Source of the DNA: Eukaryota sp. TZLM1-RC
Taxonomy: Eukaryota; Protista; Metamonada: BaSk clade
DNA: 64,000 bases
Direction: 5' to 3'
Assembly (NCBI GenBank): GCA_040285825.1
Contig: JAUPSS010000012.1
Location: 62,001 to 126,000, forward strand
How positions within the stretch are numbered: the first letter of the stretch is position 1; every line of letters starts with the position of its first letter. Under the pieces are notes generated by a model. That model searched no databases and was not told the DNA's origin. It was given only the letters and a program-made list of their open reading frames with translations. Below are positions 44,441-55,645 of this stretch, piece after piece. The translations under genes were made by a program, and so were the position numbers.

Positions 44441-45334
44441 ATGAGAAGACAATCCTTATTTAGTGGGTATCAAGTACCAAGCTTCTTATTGTGACCCAGG
44501 ATGTTCCTTACTTCCAATGTCCACCACACGAGAACGCAATCAAGAACCTTCTTTTGAGTGTCTGAATAAAACCATTGTGGGTGTCGCTGGAGCTCTATGT
44601 GGTTCCATCATGAAGTTGCACCACGATAATCCAGCAAATATGCAACAAACTCCCTCTCCTTTTACTAAATTTGATATGCGGCTTGGTAGTACAAGACCCA
44701 CTCCACCTAGTTTTGCTACCATCTACAAGTTCATCTATAGAGTGTTCCGCAAAGCACAAGTTGAACCAGAATGGTGTGTTCTCGTTTGGTTTGTACTCAT
44801 CTCAGCATGATATCGTCTTTGATATACCTCGAACGACTTCGCAAGAAGCGTCCAGACATACATCTCTCTCCATTGAACTGGGAGAAGTTAGTTTTTACGT
44901 CAATCATGGTTGCATCCAAGTTTGCTGATGATGTTTCCTGCTCTTCTTATTCATTTTCCCTTTGTTCGCAGAAGCTCATTACCCTAAAGGAACTCAACCA
45001 ATTGGAGGCTGTCTTTGTTACAGAACTTGACTTTAAGCTATACATTAGTCAAGTCTTGTACAGAGATGTCTATTATTTATTGAAAAAGATATGGTTGAAT
45101 CTGCAGGTGAACCACTTGGGTGAGGTCATTCCTTTACCACAAGCAACAGTTACAAATTTGGAGATACCAGCTAATTTTGGACCTCTTTTACTGTTCAAGT
45201 GTGACAGAAATGAGATTAGAGCTTCTGCTTCCACCGCAAACTCTATAGCTTCGCCTACTGCATTTAAGTCTGTTTTGTCAGCTTTTAGAGATGGTAGAAG
45301 GTCTGTTTTTGGCAGGAGGGGTAATTCGCTATGA
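44441..45334 (+). CDS. Cyclin Y/Pho80-type cyclin; introns 44463-44499 (tentative) and 44774-44805
   Basis: IYKFIYRVFRKAQVEPECMISSLIYLERL...NWEKLVFTSIMVASKFADD...ELNQLE..FV.ELDFKL. Confidence 0.85.
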
Positions 45335-45511
45335 AAAAACACAATTTTTGTGATTATTTAATAAATAAAAGCTAAATTTACAAATAATTAATGTAAATAA
45401 AATTGATTATCCGATTATACTAATGTTATAAATGAATAGGTAGGAAAAAATGATAACAAAAAGAAAAACTACAAACTAAAAGACAAAACAACCAATATTG
45501 ACTACAAAAAA

Positions 45512-46936
45512 CTAAAGACTGAATTCAAAAGGGTGGATACTGATTTCTGAAGGATTCAAGCTAGGGAGTTGATTGGGTAAAATTTCAATATCGCTCTCTT
45601 CAACTTCAGCCTGCACCATGGGCAGACAAGTGTCATGTGAGCTCTTTTCAGAACCATTGGTCTCTTCTCCAAAATTTTGATCATTTACCTTGTTAAAAAC
45701 TGTTCCATAGAGACATGGCGAATAAAGGCTTGAAATTCGGAAATTTTGGTTGACTGTCCTTAGTTGACTAATTGATCTCATCAAATCATCATCAGAAACG
45801 TCATTTGATTGATCAGACATCCCAGACACAATCGACAATACTTGCATCATCTTCTGCTTGTTAGAAATACCACTCTGATAAAGATTACAAAGGGTACTTG
45901 CAAAAGAAAGAACTTCAGTACAATCAATGAAGCTGCAACAATTCTTCAATAAGACTCCCAAGCAAACATCCACAGTATCTTGACCAATCAAGACCTTATC
46001 TTGACTTAACTTGACCATTTTGACATCTGGGCATTTGAAGCAATTACAAGCAACGACAAACGACCTATATGTCTGAGCACTGGAAAAATTCATTCTCAAC
46101 AACCATGAGAGTGACTGACAGAGAAATGATATTGAAGATTCCTGTGGATTTTCAGCTATCCATTTGATAGCGGTGACAAACAAATTATCAAAGAAATTGC
46201 TAAATTTTCGATTAAATAAATAAAACAAGTGTAAAAGGCAGGGAGTCAACTGCTTTCTTGGACATTTTTGACCTCTACTCAAAAGGAGATCATTTGATGG
46301 ATCAATCAAAATATTGAAAATTTCAGTCAAAAAAGTTTTTGAATTTTTGTTGACCAGACGGTCAAAAAGTTGATCAATTTGAGCGTAATTTTTTGATAAA
46401 GTTTTCCTCGATTCTGTTATAAATTTTCTTAATTCCTCAATACATTTCTGAAAAGTGCCCCTTGATTCCTCAATTTTATTCAACTGAACTTCCCAATAAT
46501 ACCTTCTTATCCATTCCAACCCCAGTTCCACACCATGTTTCATAGAGTGCAAGAATGGGAGAGAGGCATGAGTTATAAGGTTACGAAGTTCCACAAGTTG
46601 AAGAGGGAAATCAATCTCATGAGCAATGTTGAGTAGTGATCTGGCTCTGTAGGTTTGTGCAGAGTCTAAAACACACGTACATAATCGTGAGATGGAGTGA
46701 GAGTACTGGGAGAGCAGGACAGGAGGAGGGGAAGTTGAGTCGAGGGATTGGATGAGATGCATTGTACATTCAATTGCTCCTGGAAGGTTACCCCTGTTCA
46801 TCCACAATAGAACATGATCAACACCTTGGGATCGAGATGCAGAATCATTACTGAAGAGGAGAGTATAAACCTGTATCCATTCATCCCACGAAGACCAAGG
46901 GACCATAGTGAACTGTTGGTCATTGAGAAGGGTCAT
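45512..46936 (-). CDS. LAS1: Las1 pre-rRNA ITS2 HEPN endoribonuclease
   Basis: VPWSSWDEW...WMNRGNLPGAIECT...LVELRNLITHASLP...WIRRYYW, terminal PSPxG-like YSPCLYG. Confidence 0.85.
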   Translation of the reverse strand: MTLLNDQQFTMVPWSSWDEWIQVYTLLFSNDSASRSQGVDHVLLWMNRGNLPGAIECTMHLIQSLDSTSPPPVLLSQYSHSISRLCTCVLDSAQTYRARSLLNIAHEIDFPLQLVELRNLITHASLPFLHSMKHGVELGLEWIRRYYWEVQLNKIEESRGTFQKCIEELRKFITESRKTLSKNYAQIDQLFDRLVNKNSKTFLTEIFNILIDPSNDLLLSRGQKCPRKQLTPCLLHLFYLFNRKFSNFFDNLFVTAIKWIAENPQESSISFLCQSLSWLLRMNFSSAQTYRSFVVACNCFKCPDVKMVKLSQDKVLIGQDTVDVCLGVLLKNCCSFIDCTEVLSFASTLCNLYQSGISNKQKMMQVLSIVSGMSDQSNDVSDDDLMRSISQLRTVNQNFRISSLYSPCLYGTVFNKVNDQNFGEETNGSEKSSHDTCLPMVQAEVEESDIEILPNQLPSLNPSEISIHPFEFSL

Positions 46937-47254
46937 TTGTTACAGATGATGCCTATAACAATGAAATAAGCGTCCTTTTTTGAAATTCAGAAGGACTGAT
47001 GCTGGGATTATCAATATATTTTTTTATCTTTCAATTCTTTTGTACTTTGACTCTTGGGGAGCATTTGATTTTCAGTATCACTATATATAGAATGAAATGC
47101 ATAGCAAATAGTAAAGCAGAAATACCCATAGTAAGACCAAACCCTTCTCTTTCACCACTATAAAGCTGAACACCAGCCGATAAACTTTATCGTCTACTCA
47201 TATATGGAATACGTAAAAATAGTAAAAATAATAATAAAAAATAATAATAAAATC

Positions 47255-48400
47255 GAGATCTATGACTAATCTTCATCTTGCTGTTGTGAAATAACAGAAG
47301 TCTGTTTTAAATGATTTTGAAGATTTGGATTTTTCTAAACGACTTAGTATGACTAAGATTAATAATCCCGTCTTTGCTGCCTTTTTATCAGACATCCAAA
47401 ATTGCACTAGTTTAATTTCTCAGCAACCAAGGCCATTTGGTCTTCACTTAACAAATGAAGCTTGGAAACAAATCATGCGTTTGAGATTAGGGCTGTATCC
47501 CATTGGTCTTTTGGACAATTCTGTTTGTATTTGTAACGAAAACCATCTGCTTATTTCCGTCATATTGTGAGTTGCAAGAAGTTTTTTCAATATCGGTCAG
47601 TTCTTCATAATGCTGTTCGTGATGTGACATATGAAATGTTTAAGTGTTAGAATTTTAGTTGCAAAGTAGAACCGTCGTTGAAGCATTATAGCGAAAATAA
47701 TTTGTTTGATTCACATCGAGGTGATTTAATTGCTCCTTTTGTGGATTCCTTTCAGGTTATTGTTGATTTTACTACAGTTGATCCCTTTGCTTCAATTTAT
47801 CGTGATGATGTTTCAGTTAGTTCTAATGGTCACTTGAACAAGGCTGAGGTTCGTAAACGAGACAAATATGCTGATATATTAAATGATTTAAATTAGAACC
47901 TTTATTCGAAGTTTTCGTTTGTTCCTTTTGCCTTCTTGATTTTTGTCAACATTGGACAGTCTGTCTTGAATTTTTTCAATGATTTTGATAATTTATGTCG
48001 TTCAAGTGGTAAGAATTTTGCAAGGAATTCATGGAAGAATCGTACCATTTTTGCTTTGTGCAGGAGTGTTCCCAAATACTTAAATTTAATGATGTCCAAG
48101 TTGTATAAGGATTCATCAAGAGTTGGCGTGGAGAATTTTATTTCTGATGTGTTTTAGTTTGTTTTGATTTGATTTGTTCCTTGAAGAGGCTAATGTCGAT
48201 AGAAATACACAGCTGGTTTTTATTGCTTTCCCATTTTCGATAAATCGAAGATTATCAGTTGAAGCAGAAACTTTTTTGGATGACTTCCAAAGAATGGTGC
48301 AAGAAAAAACAATGAAAAGATTTGATACTTTTTTATGGCGTTCACAAATTCAATTTGCCATTATTAATAGATTACCTCGGTTTTTCAATCGAATAAGAGA
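47255..48400 (+). mobile_element. CRE-like family B 3' fragment (47255-48170) plus a short RLE-tail fragment of another family (48174-48400)
   Basis: CIC, HNAVRD, RGDLIAP, VDFTTVDP, KRDKY. Highly similar to the reverse complement of 59120-60040. Confidence 0.88.
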
Positions 48401-49800
48401 AGATACATATACTAAATAATATTCTTTCACTTTTGCCAGATGAACCATTAGCCCAACCCGAGGAAGTAGCTGTTGATTCTGTTCTTGAATACTACGTCAA
48501 TTTCAATTTGAATAATTCAAGAGAAAGATTCTTTTTATTAAATGCATGTAAGTTTATCTTGAATCTCCTTCAAAGATTTCCTACCACTGCCTCCCTACTG
48601 GTCTCGCATGATAAAAGCACCTTTTCATCAAAGGAAATTGGTGAGCTTTTTCTCTTTAATCTTAAAATTTCACAATACTTACTCACTTTTTTTTCTCATA
48701 TGCATTGCTGGACACAATTTAGAATAATACCTTCAGCTTTTCATAAAGGTTCTAAAATTATTGAGGTACCTTCACATGTTTTCCACTCTGTGAAAAAATT
48801 TCCACTTATTGAAGGATTATCTTCCAAAACAAAGTTTATCAGAAATACATGTCTGAAACGAATATTCAAACAATGTCCTTGCAAAAAATTCAATATCGAC
48901 AGAAACAGTTTGAAAAATAGATTTAAAAAAATTTTTATTGAAAACTAATGGTAATGACCTGCTTTTGACCTTTGAAGGTAAAAATAATGACTTTGAAAAC
49001 ACAGATGAGTTGGATGAAGCACCGAAAAAGAAAAGAAGATCAAAAAATGAAATGAAAAGTGACCCTAATACCAACAAAACCAGAGAAACACAATTGAAGG
49101 GCACTAAACAATGTCCCGTCGAAGACGTAGACATCCAGTCGAAATTTTACCTGAAAGGCCCCTTATTGGTGTTGATCTGGGCCAATCAAGATTATGTGGT
49201 TACTTCTTAAATGATAATCAATGTGGAGTTTTGCGTTGTCCAACTGGCAGAAGATACAGGACAAATCCTTCACCCAGTAAACACTCTCCAAAACAATATT
49301 CCGTTCAAAATTCCAACCAATATTTGAACCATTGGAATTTGGTTAGGAGGAAAGTGTATTTGGAAAGTAATCGCCAGAAATGGAAAATAATTAAATTTGA
49401 TAAATGTAGACGAAAAGAGAGACGGTTCCGTGAGAGCCTCAACAAATTTCAAAGGCTAGCTGGACATCCTGATAAACTCTATCTTGCTGTGGGTTCTGCT
49501 AAATTCCCTTCTCATTTACGAAAAGTCAATCGATATGGATCAGCAAGAGCTTTCAGAAAATGGTTGTGTTATCAAAAGGACTTGAAGCACTTGTCAACCA
49601 GTGAATTTAATACAAGCAAACTGTCAAGTTGTTGTATGGCCGAGAATATTCAAGCAGGCTCATGGCAGATGCGTATTTGTACTGAGTGTCAAATAGTATA
49701 TGACAGAGATATTTCCGCTGCAAAAAATATTCAAATTAAGAAGAAAGCGGAATTGTGGCCGGAAAGATACATTTGCCCAGATGCTCTGTTGAGGAGATGA
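48396..49800 (+). pseudogene. Fanzor1-like RNA-guided nuclease (copy 2), 5'-truncated, two compensating frameshifts
   Basis: FRIIP...KIIEV; KTNGNDLLLTF; RuvC-I IGVDLG; LAVGSAKF; RuvC-II SEFNTSKLSSCC; CTEC...YDRDISAAKNI. The D-E-D triad is intact. Frame shifts near 48930 and 49110-49140. Confidence 0.9.
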
Positions 49801-50087
49801 ATGGGGAACCTGAGCATACAGAAACAAAAACTTTTGAGACCGATCTACAAATGCCCTAGTAGCATTTGGTAGATCCACTTAGATACATCAAGTCGCGAGG
49901 CTTTGTTCTGTGAAAGCAGTAGGTGTATTTAGGTGAGGTAGCCCATTGATGAAGATCATGATTATCTTTGTCAAATGACGCTACATGTCTGTTACAGCCT
50001 GTGAGTAGACATTGAGAAAGTTGAAAACAGGAGTGAATTTCATAGATGAATGTATTATAAGTGAAATTCACAGAACAAAAGCACATA
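49791..50087 (+). ncRNA. Candidate omegaRNA scaffold of Fanzor copy 2 (about 300 nt)
   Basis: Stems 49842-54/49862-75; 14-bp 49876-89/49922-35 enclosing GCGA and GAAA tetraloop hairpins; AATGGG/CCCATT; 49948-56/49964-72; 49985-92/50005-12; 50033-42/50062-71. Many G-U pairs give plus-strand polarity. Confidence 0.75.
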
Positions 50088-52078
50088 TTTTTTTTCAATT
50101 GTCACGAAAATAGTTGCATTTTTAATCTTGATTTCAAAAATGCTTTCAATTCAGTGAAAAGAGATTCAATTTGGAAAGAAATCAAATCAAATTTTCCTGA
50201 ACTCGAAACCTTTTTTTATAGGTTTTATGGTAATTCATCTGATTTAATTTTTAATTCTTTTAATCTTGATTCTTTATCAGGAGTTAAACAAGGAGACCCT
50301 TTAGGTCCTTTCTTTTTTTGTCTTGCAATTCACCCAATTTTGAAAAAATTAAAAGAAGAAAATTCTGACCTTCAAGTGGTAGCCTACATGGATGACATTT
50401 CTTGTATTGGTCCAGAAAGTACAATTAACAGGGTTGCTAATGAAGCTGCTACATTATACCAATCCATAGGTCTTGAGTTGAATGTTCAAAAATGTTTTTG
50501 TATTTCTAGGAAAAATGTTAAGTTAATAATTAATTCCCTTGAAGTTCCATATATTGATTATACTTCAACTAGTTTCTGCTTTCTTGGTTGCTATTTAGGT
50601 TCCGCCGAAAAAAACACTTGATAGCCTTGAAAATTATTTAAATTCAATTAAAAAAAGAGCTAGAAGTCATAAAGACTCTTGAATTGGAAAAACATCTTAA
50701 GTTTTTTCTTTTGAAAATTTGTTATGCTGGAAAAAATACTCATTTACTGAGATCATTACCTCCATCCCTAACTTACAATTTTTGTAGACAATTTAACAAA
50801 ATACGTACCCAATTTTTGGCTTATTTAATGTCTGTTGATCCATCAATTTTGAAAAATCATATTTTTTCTGATGTTCAACTTGACGGTGTTGGATTCAATT
50901 CATCAAAATATTTGACCAAAGCTGCATTTATTGGTGGTGGAAAAAATTTTGTATTTGAATTCTCCAGAAGATATCCTTTTGCCGAAAATCTTCTTGAAAC
51001 TACAAATAGCCTATTCCTCGATAACTTAAGAGAAGAAATTTCCAGTTTATCTCCCGACTTATGGCAATCATGTTTCCCCATATCCATTCAAGAAATTCCA
51101 GACAGAAGTTTGTATTCATTAAAATTTGCGTTGAAAAAGCTCCAACGACATCTTTTGAAAAAATTTGAAAGCAAGGATTTTATTGTTCGACTTAGCACGG
51201 CTAAGAAAGAAAATCCTGCTTTTGCAAATTTTTTGATTGATTTGAAGGACAGTTCATCTGCAGTTTTGATAAATCAAATTCCCCAGATTTATGGCCTACT
51301 TTTGAATGACGACCAATGGACCACTGCTATGAGAATGCGTTGTTATTTATGGCCTTGTAATTTGCCCAATGATTTGTTTTGCAAATGTGGAGCTGGTTTG
51401 ACATTATCACATTTATTCAATTGTAATAGATTTATTTCCTATCGTTCTACGTTGCATGATGCAGTCAGAGATCAAATCCATGCAATGTGTAATTCCTATC
51501 ATATTGAATCTTTTGTAGAACCTTTGTTGAGGTCTCTTGATATAAATGAAAGCGTAAGAGATTCAGAATATGGAAAACGACGTGCTGATGTTGTTGTGCC
51601 CTCGTTTGATGATGTCATGAATGTTGTTGATGTCGTAACAGTGGATGTTTGCAAGAAAAATGCCTTGAAAAATGCTCAATCCGAAGTATCCCCCCTTGAT
51701 GACTCCGAATTGTACAAACGGAAAAAGTATGCAAATCATTTAAAAGAATTGAAACATGTTCGCCATGTAGATTACCAAATTTGCCCATTTGCTATATCGT
51801 TGTATGGTCGTCTTGGAAAAACTGCTATGAATTTTATTGATGATTTTGAAAATCTTGTGAAAAGAAGAATGAATAAGCGTTTTGATCGTCGCTTGTGGCT
51901 AAATCGTATTGTTTTTACTATTTTCAAATCAATTCCTAAAATGATTTCGAAAGCTTTGATGTCTGTCAGTGCACATTACGAAGAAATTGCTGTTGTGAGG
52001 TTTGATGGTGTGGAAGCTTGTTTTGAAGATATTGACTTTTAGACTGTAGTTTAATAATAAATTAAAATTTTTCAAAAA
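50088..52078 (+). mobile_element. 5'-truncated CRE-clade non-LTR retrotransposon (RT + CCHC + RLE) with A tail and 11-bp TSD
   Basis: LDFKNAFNSV, GVKQGDPLGP, YMDD, CKCG...HLFNC, HDAVRD, RRADVVVP...VVDV, KRKKY. TSD AAAAGCACATA at 50077-50087 and 52079-52089. The ORF breaks only at two A-runs near 50610 and 50652. Confidence 0.95.
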
Positions 52079-52098
52079 AAAAGCACATACCTATATTT

Positions 52099-52673
52099 TC
52101 AATTGGATACATTTTCACCAATTTGATAGTATGAAGGTCCATCAAAGGAGAAGAACATGGGATTCACTTTGTCTTTGGACATCATTGGCTTACCTTCTGC
52201 ACCAAGCACCGCTCTATGAGCAAACAACTCAACAACGTCGAGAATAAACAAGTCATCGGTGTTTTCTACAACTGTACGAACCTTGCATACAATGTTCATT
52301 GGTGAATTATGGATAAGGTAAGCAGATTGGCCTGAAACATCAACCCGATCATATTCAAAAAACATAGACTTATCAGTGTCGCGGGCACTTACAGATCCGC
52401 TACGATCAACAGCTTCACACATATCGGGTGTAGCAAGGTTCAATGTACAGAACTTCTCTGACTTGAGGACCTCATTTAGCAGATTTGATCTCCCGACTGT
52501 AAGAGACATCATTGGAGGCTATGATGAACACATGTAACAAGACAAACTTCCATATTACAACAACCAGCGAAAGCGATTGGGGTAAAACTGGGCTTGTCAT
52601 TTAGATTGTAAGAAACTACAAAGACCTGATTGGCAATTGTGGGTAGACTTACACCAAGACTTGTACGATCCAT
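52099..52673 (-). CDS. Flavin reductase (DIM6/NTAB, flavoredoxin-like) paralogue B; intron 52519-52547; C-terminus apparently truncated
   Basis: PSFTPIAFAGCCNME|PPMMSL...FCTLNL...VDRSGSVSARDTDKS...SPMNIVCKV. Ends IGENVSN* and lacks the PW..GK tail of paralogue A. Confidence 0.85.
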
Positions 52674-52728
52674 GGAAATTAAATAACAATTTTCTAGTCT
52701 ACATAGGTTTACAATCAAAAAATACTCT

Positions 52729-53347
52729 CTATTCCTGCACAGTTTTTCCAGCTTCCCAAGGAGAAAGAGGTAACTGTTTTCCAATATTGTAGTATGACGG
52801 CCCGTCGAAAGAAAAGATCAGAGGGTTGACCTTTTCGGCGCTCATACAAGGCTTACCATTCTGTCCTAAGGCAGATTCATCAGCAACAAGATCGACGACT
52901 TCAAGAATGAATGTGTCATTCGAGGGATTCTCAACAACAGATCGAAGCTTACAGACAATGTTGAGAGGAGAAGCGGTCACCAAGTATGCTGTGTTACCAT
53001 CATATGAATGGGTGGTATATTCAAAGAAACCAGATTTGTCTTTCTTGTGACCGGAAACTTGACCACAGCGATCTACGTGGCAATACATATCGGTAGTGGC
53101 AACATTGAGAGTGGCAAACTTCTGTTCCTTCAAGGTCTGGTTGAGTAAATGGGCTTTGTTAACTGATAGCGTAATCATAGGAGGCTATGATAAACATAAA
53201 GGTACATCTAGTACATACAGCCATATTACAACAGCTTGCGAAAGCAATCGGTGTGAAGCTAGGTTTACCTTCAACTTCATATGAGACAACTACCACCTGA
53301 CATGGAAGAGGAGGTAACACAGCGCCAAAATGCTTTGCTTTCGTCAT
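52729..53347 (-). CDS. Flavin reductase (DIM6/NTAB, flavoredoxin-like) paralogue A; intron 53185-53218
   Basis: PSFTPIAFASCCNMA|PPMITL...VDRCGQVSGHKKDKS...SPLNIVCKL...YYNIGK..SPWEAGK. Confidence 0.9.
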
Positions 53348-54714
53348 TACAAAATGCAAAAGTTATTCAAGTATTCTGTGAATACCATTTAAGGGGTAGA
53401 AACGTGATAAGAAAGTGGTTGCAGGTACTTTCAATTTCTATTTTAAAGATCGTCTGGGTTGGGTCTTCCAAATTGGTAGCACAGTCAACCCTCATATGTA
53501 CCCTATATGCACACATTTTATGTCGGCTCAAAGTGTGCATTTAAGTTAATACAAATCAATAAATTATTACAGAGTCTATTTAGGTCCTTCAATACAAAAA
53601 CTATTTAAAGATTTTGGAAAAAGTGTGCAATTAGAAAAGTGTGGCTTCATAGAGGGTTCAATTATAGAAGGTTAACAGTACAAGCTTTCATAACTCACTC
53701 AGTTTTCACTCACCTTCAATGCGATGTTTCACAATTTATACATAGCCTTTATGGACAAACAAGTAGGGTTATATCCGTCTATAATTATATTTCAATTCAG
53801 CCTGTACACAATCAAAATCAACCTTCCTTCTTTTTTGAAAGAAGTAATGTGACATCACCACAACAGCTTTATATACATGTACGTTTTCAACAACCTGTCT
53901 AACAAACACCTTCTTTCCTTTGTGACAGAATGACTATATCAATAAATATTTGTATTGATATCAACGGTAGACTAATATTATAGGATTGCACAGTCAAATG
54001 GATATTAATGCAACAGCATTTCTATGTGTGTCCCTTTCCATCCATTTTTGATAAGATGACTTTACTTTTGATAGAAATACATCTAGTCGTCAGCACGCCT
54101 AGGTGTTTGAAATGCTCCAGAATGTCAAAAACATAAAAGATACTCCTCTTCACCTTTTCCTCATTTAATCATGTTGACATAGACAACATTGATTTTTTCT
54201 GCTCTTTCAATTATTGATCAGCAAAAAAATTGCTTCTTTGTTTGATGGCAATCTTGATCTGATTCGAAGTCATCAGATCTTGGCAGTATTAATTTCACTA
54301 AATATTCAATTCTTTGTCAAGCTGCTTTTTTTTGGTGGATGGAAAAATTTTGTCTTTGAGTTTGATAACCGATACTAATGTTGTTGATTGACTGAATTCT
54401 GCAAGGAATAATTACTTCAGCAACGTTGAAAATACTTTTGATTTTTTATCCCCAGATATTTGTAGTAAATGTTTTCCTGAAATTGTACATGAAAAACCAC
54501 CAAGAAGATTTGAAATTTGTTTACAACAAAAAATACCAATGGTTTATGAAGTTTTGGATCTAAATTTTGGTCTTGGGTCAGTCAAAAATGATAATCCCGT
54601 TTTTGCCCAAAACAGTGTTGTTGCACACCGAAAAAAGTTCTCCGTGTTACTGTTTATTACTCAAATTCTTCAAATCTATGGTTTACTTTGACATAATACT
54701 ACTTTTTCATGTAG

Positions 54715-55420
54715 AATGTGTTTGTTTTGATTTGTTTGGTCCAATAACGTGCCTTATAAATTAACGTGTAAGTATGGATAGAAGAGCATTGCAAACCATC
54801 TTTTGAATTGTAAACATCTTATTATTTTCCGAGCTAATGATAATTGAGCGGTCAGGGACCAACTATTGTATGTCAAAGTCTCACAGAATTGTTTTTTAAT
54901 TTAGAAATTATTACTCTCTTGTTTGGTTGATACTTTGAATTTTTTGGACGAAATAGATGCGACTTAATGCTTGAAGGTCTTGAATGAACGACCAGCATTA
55001 CTGATGTGAGATCCACTGATGTGTGTAATAATTCTTTTATACTGTTAGCGCAGTCAAAATACAAAAAATCCTTATCTATGATGAAAAATCGAAAATTGAT
55101 AAATATAGAGCAAGGTGCTTTTTTTCAAATGTGAAATCTCACACTCATTATGTCCTTTGTCAATTTTTAGTCTCCTTACATGGCTTCCTTGGACCTATTG
55201 CTTTGTCATTGTCAGATGATTTTGTTGAATTTGTGAAATAGCTTAGAGCAATTTTTTTTGACACTATAGAATTGTATTTTCAATTTTCAAAAATGTTGTC
55301 CCATTATTATCTTCTGCTTTATTGTCTCTTAGACAGTTTTATGAAAGAAAAGCTTCCAGTCAATTGTTTTTGATTGATTTGGGGTATAGGGATATAGAGT
55401 TTCAATTATGTTGTGTTTTT
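54715..55420 (+). mobile_element. CRE-like family A 3' fragment
   Basis: Nucleotide similarity to 39420-39990 and to the reverse complement of 8100-8800; ends DLGYRDIEF-like. Confidence 0.85.
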
Positions 55421-55645
55421 TTGGAAATTTGAAAAATAGGTCTATTTAAAACAAACAAAATTTTATACCTTTCCTAAACTGTTCCAATTATGTCTTTTCC
55501 TTTATATTTTTATGCCACATTCATCAGCCCTTCTAAATGTAATGGTCAGAAATCGTTTCAGACCATTTTGCGCTGATACTTCACACCTTGAAAGTTTAAT
55601 GAAGTTGAATTTTTCTTTAGTAAATTTTCTTTACTTATAGGTATT

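Noticed and set aside
49800-50087. Group I intron (IStron) or R2-type 5' ribozyme
   Set aside because: No P7/catalytic core consensus seen. The TSD shows the RNA lies outside the CRE copy, which starts mid-RT.
48396-52078. Single composite Fanzor-carrying retrotransposon
   Set aside because: The TSD brackets only 50088-52078, and the upstream CRE pieces belong to other families, so the adjacency reflects nesting.
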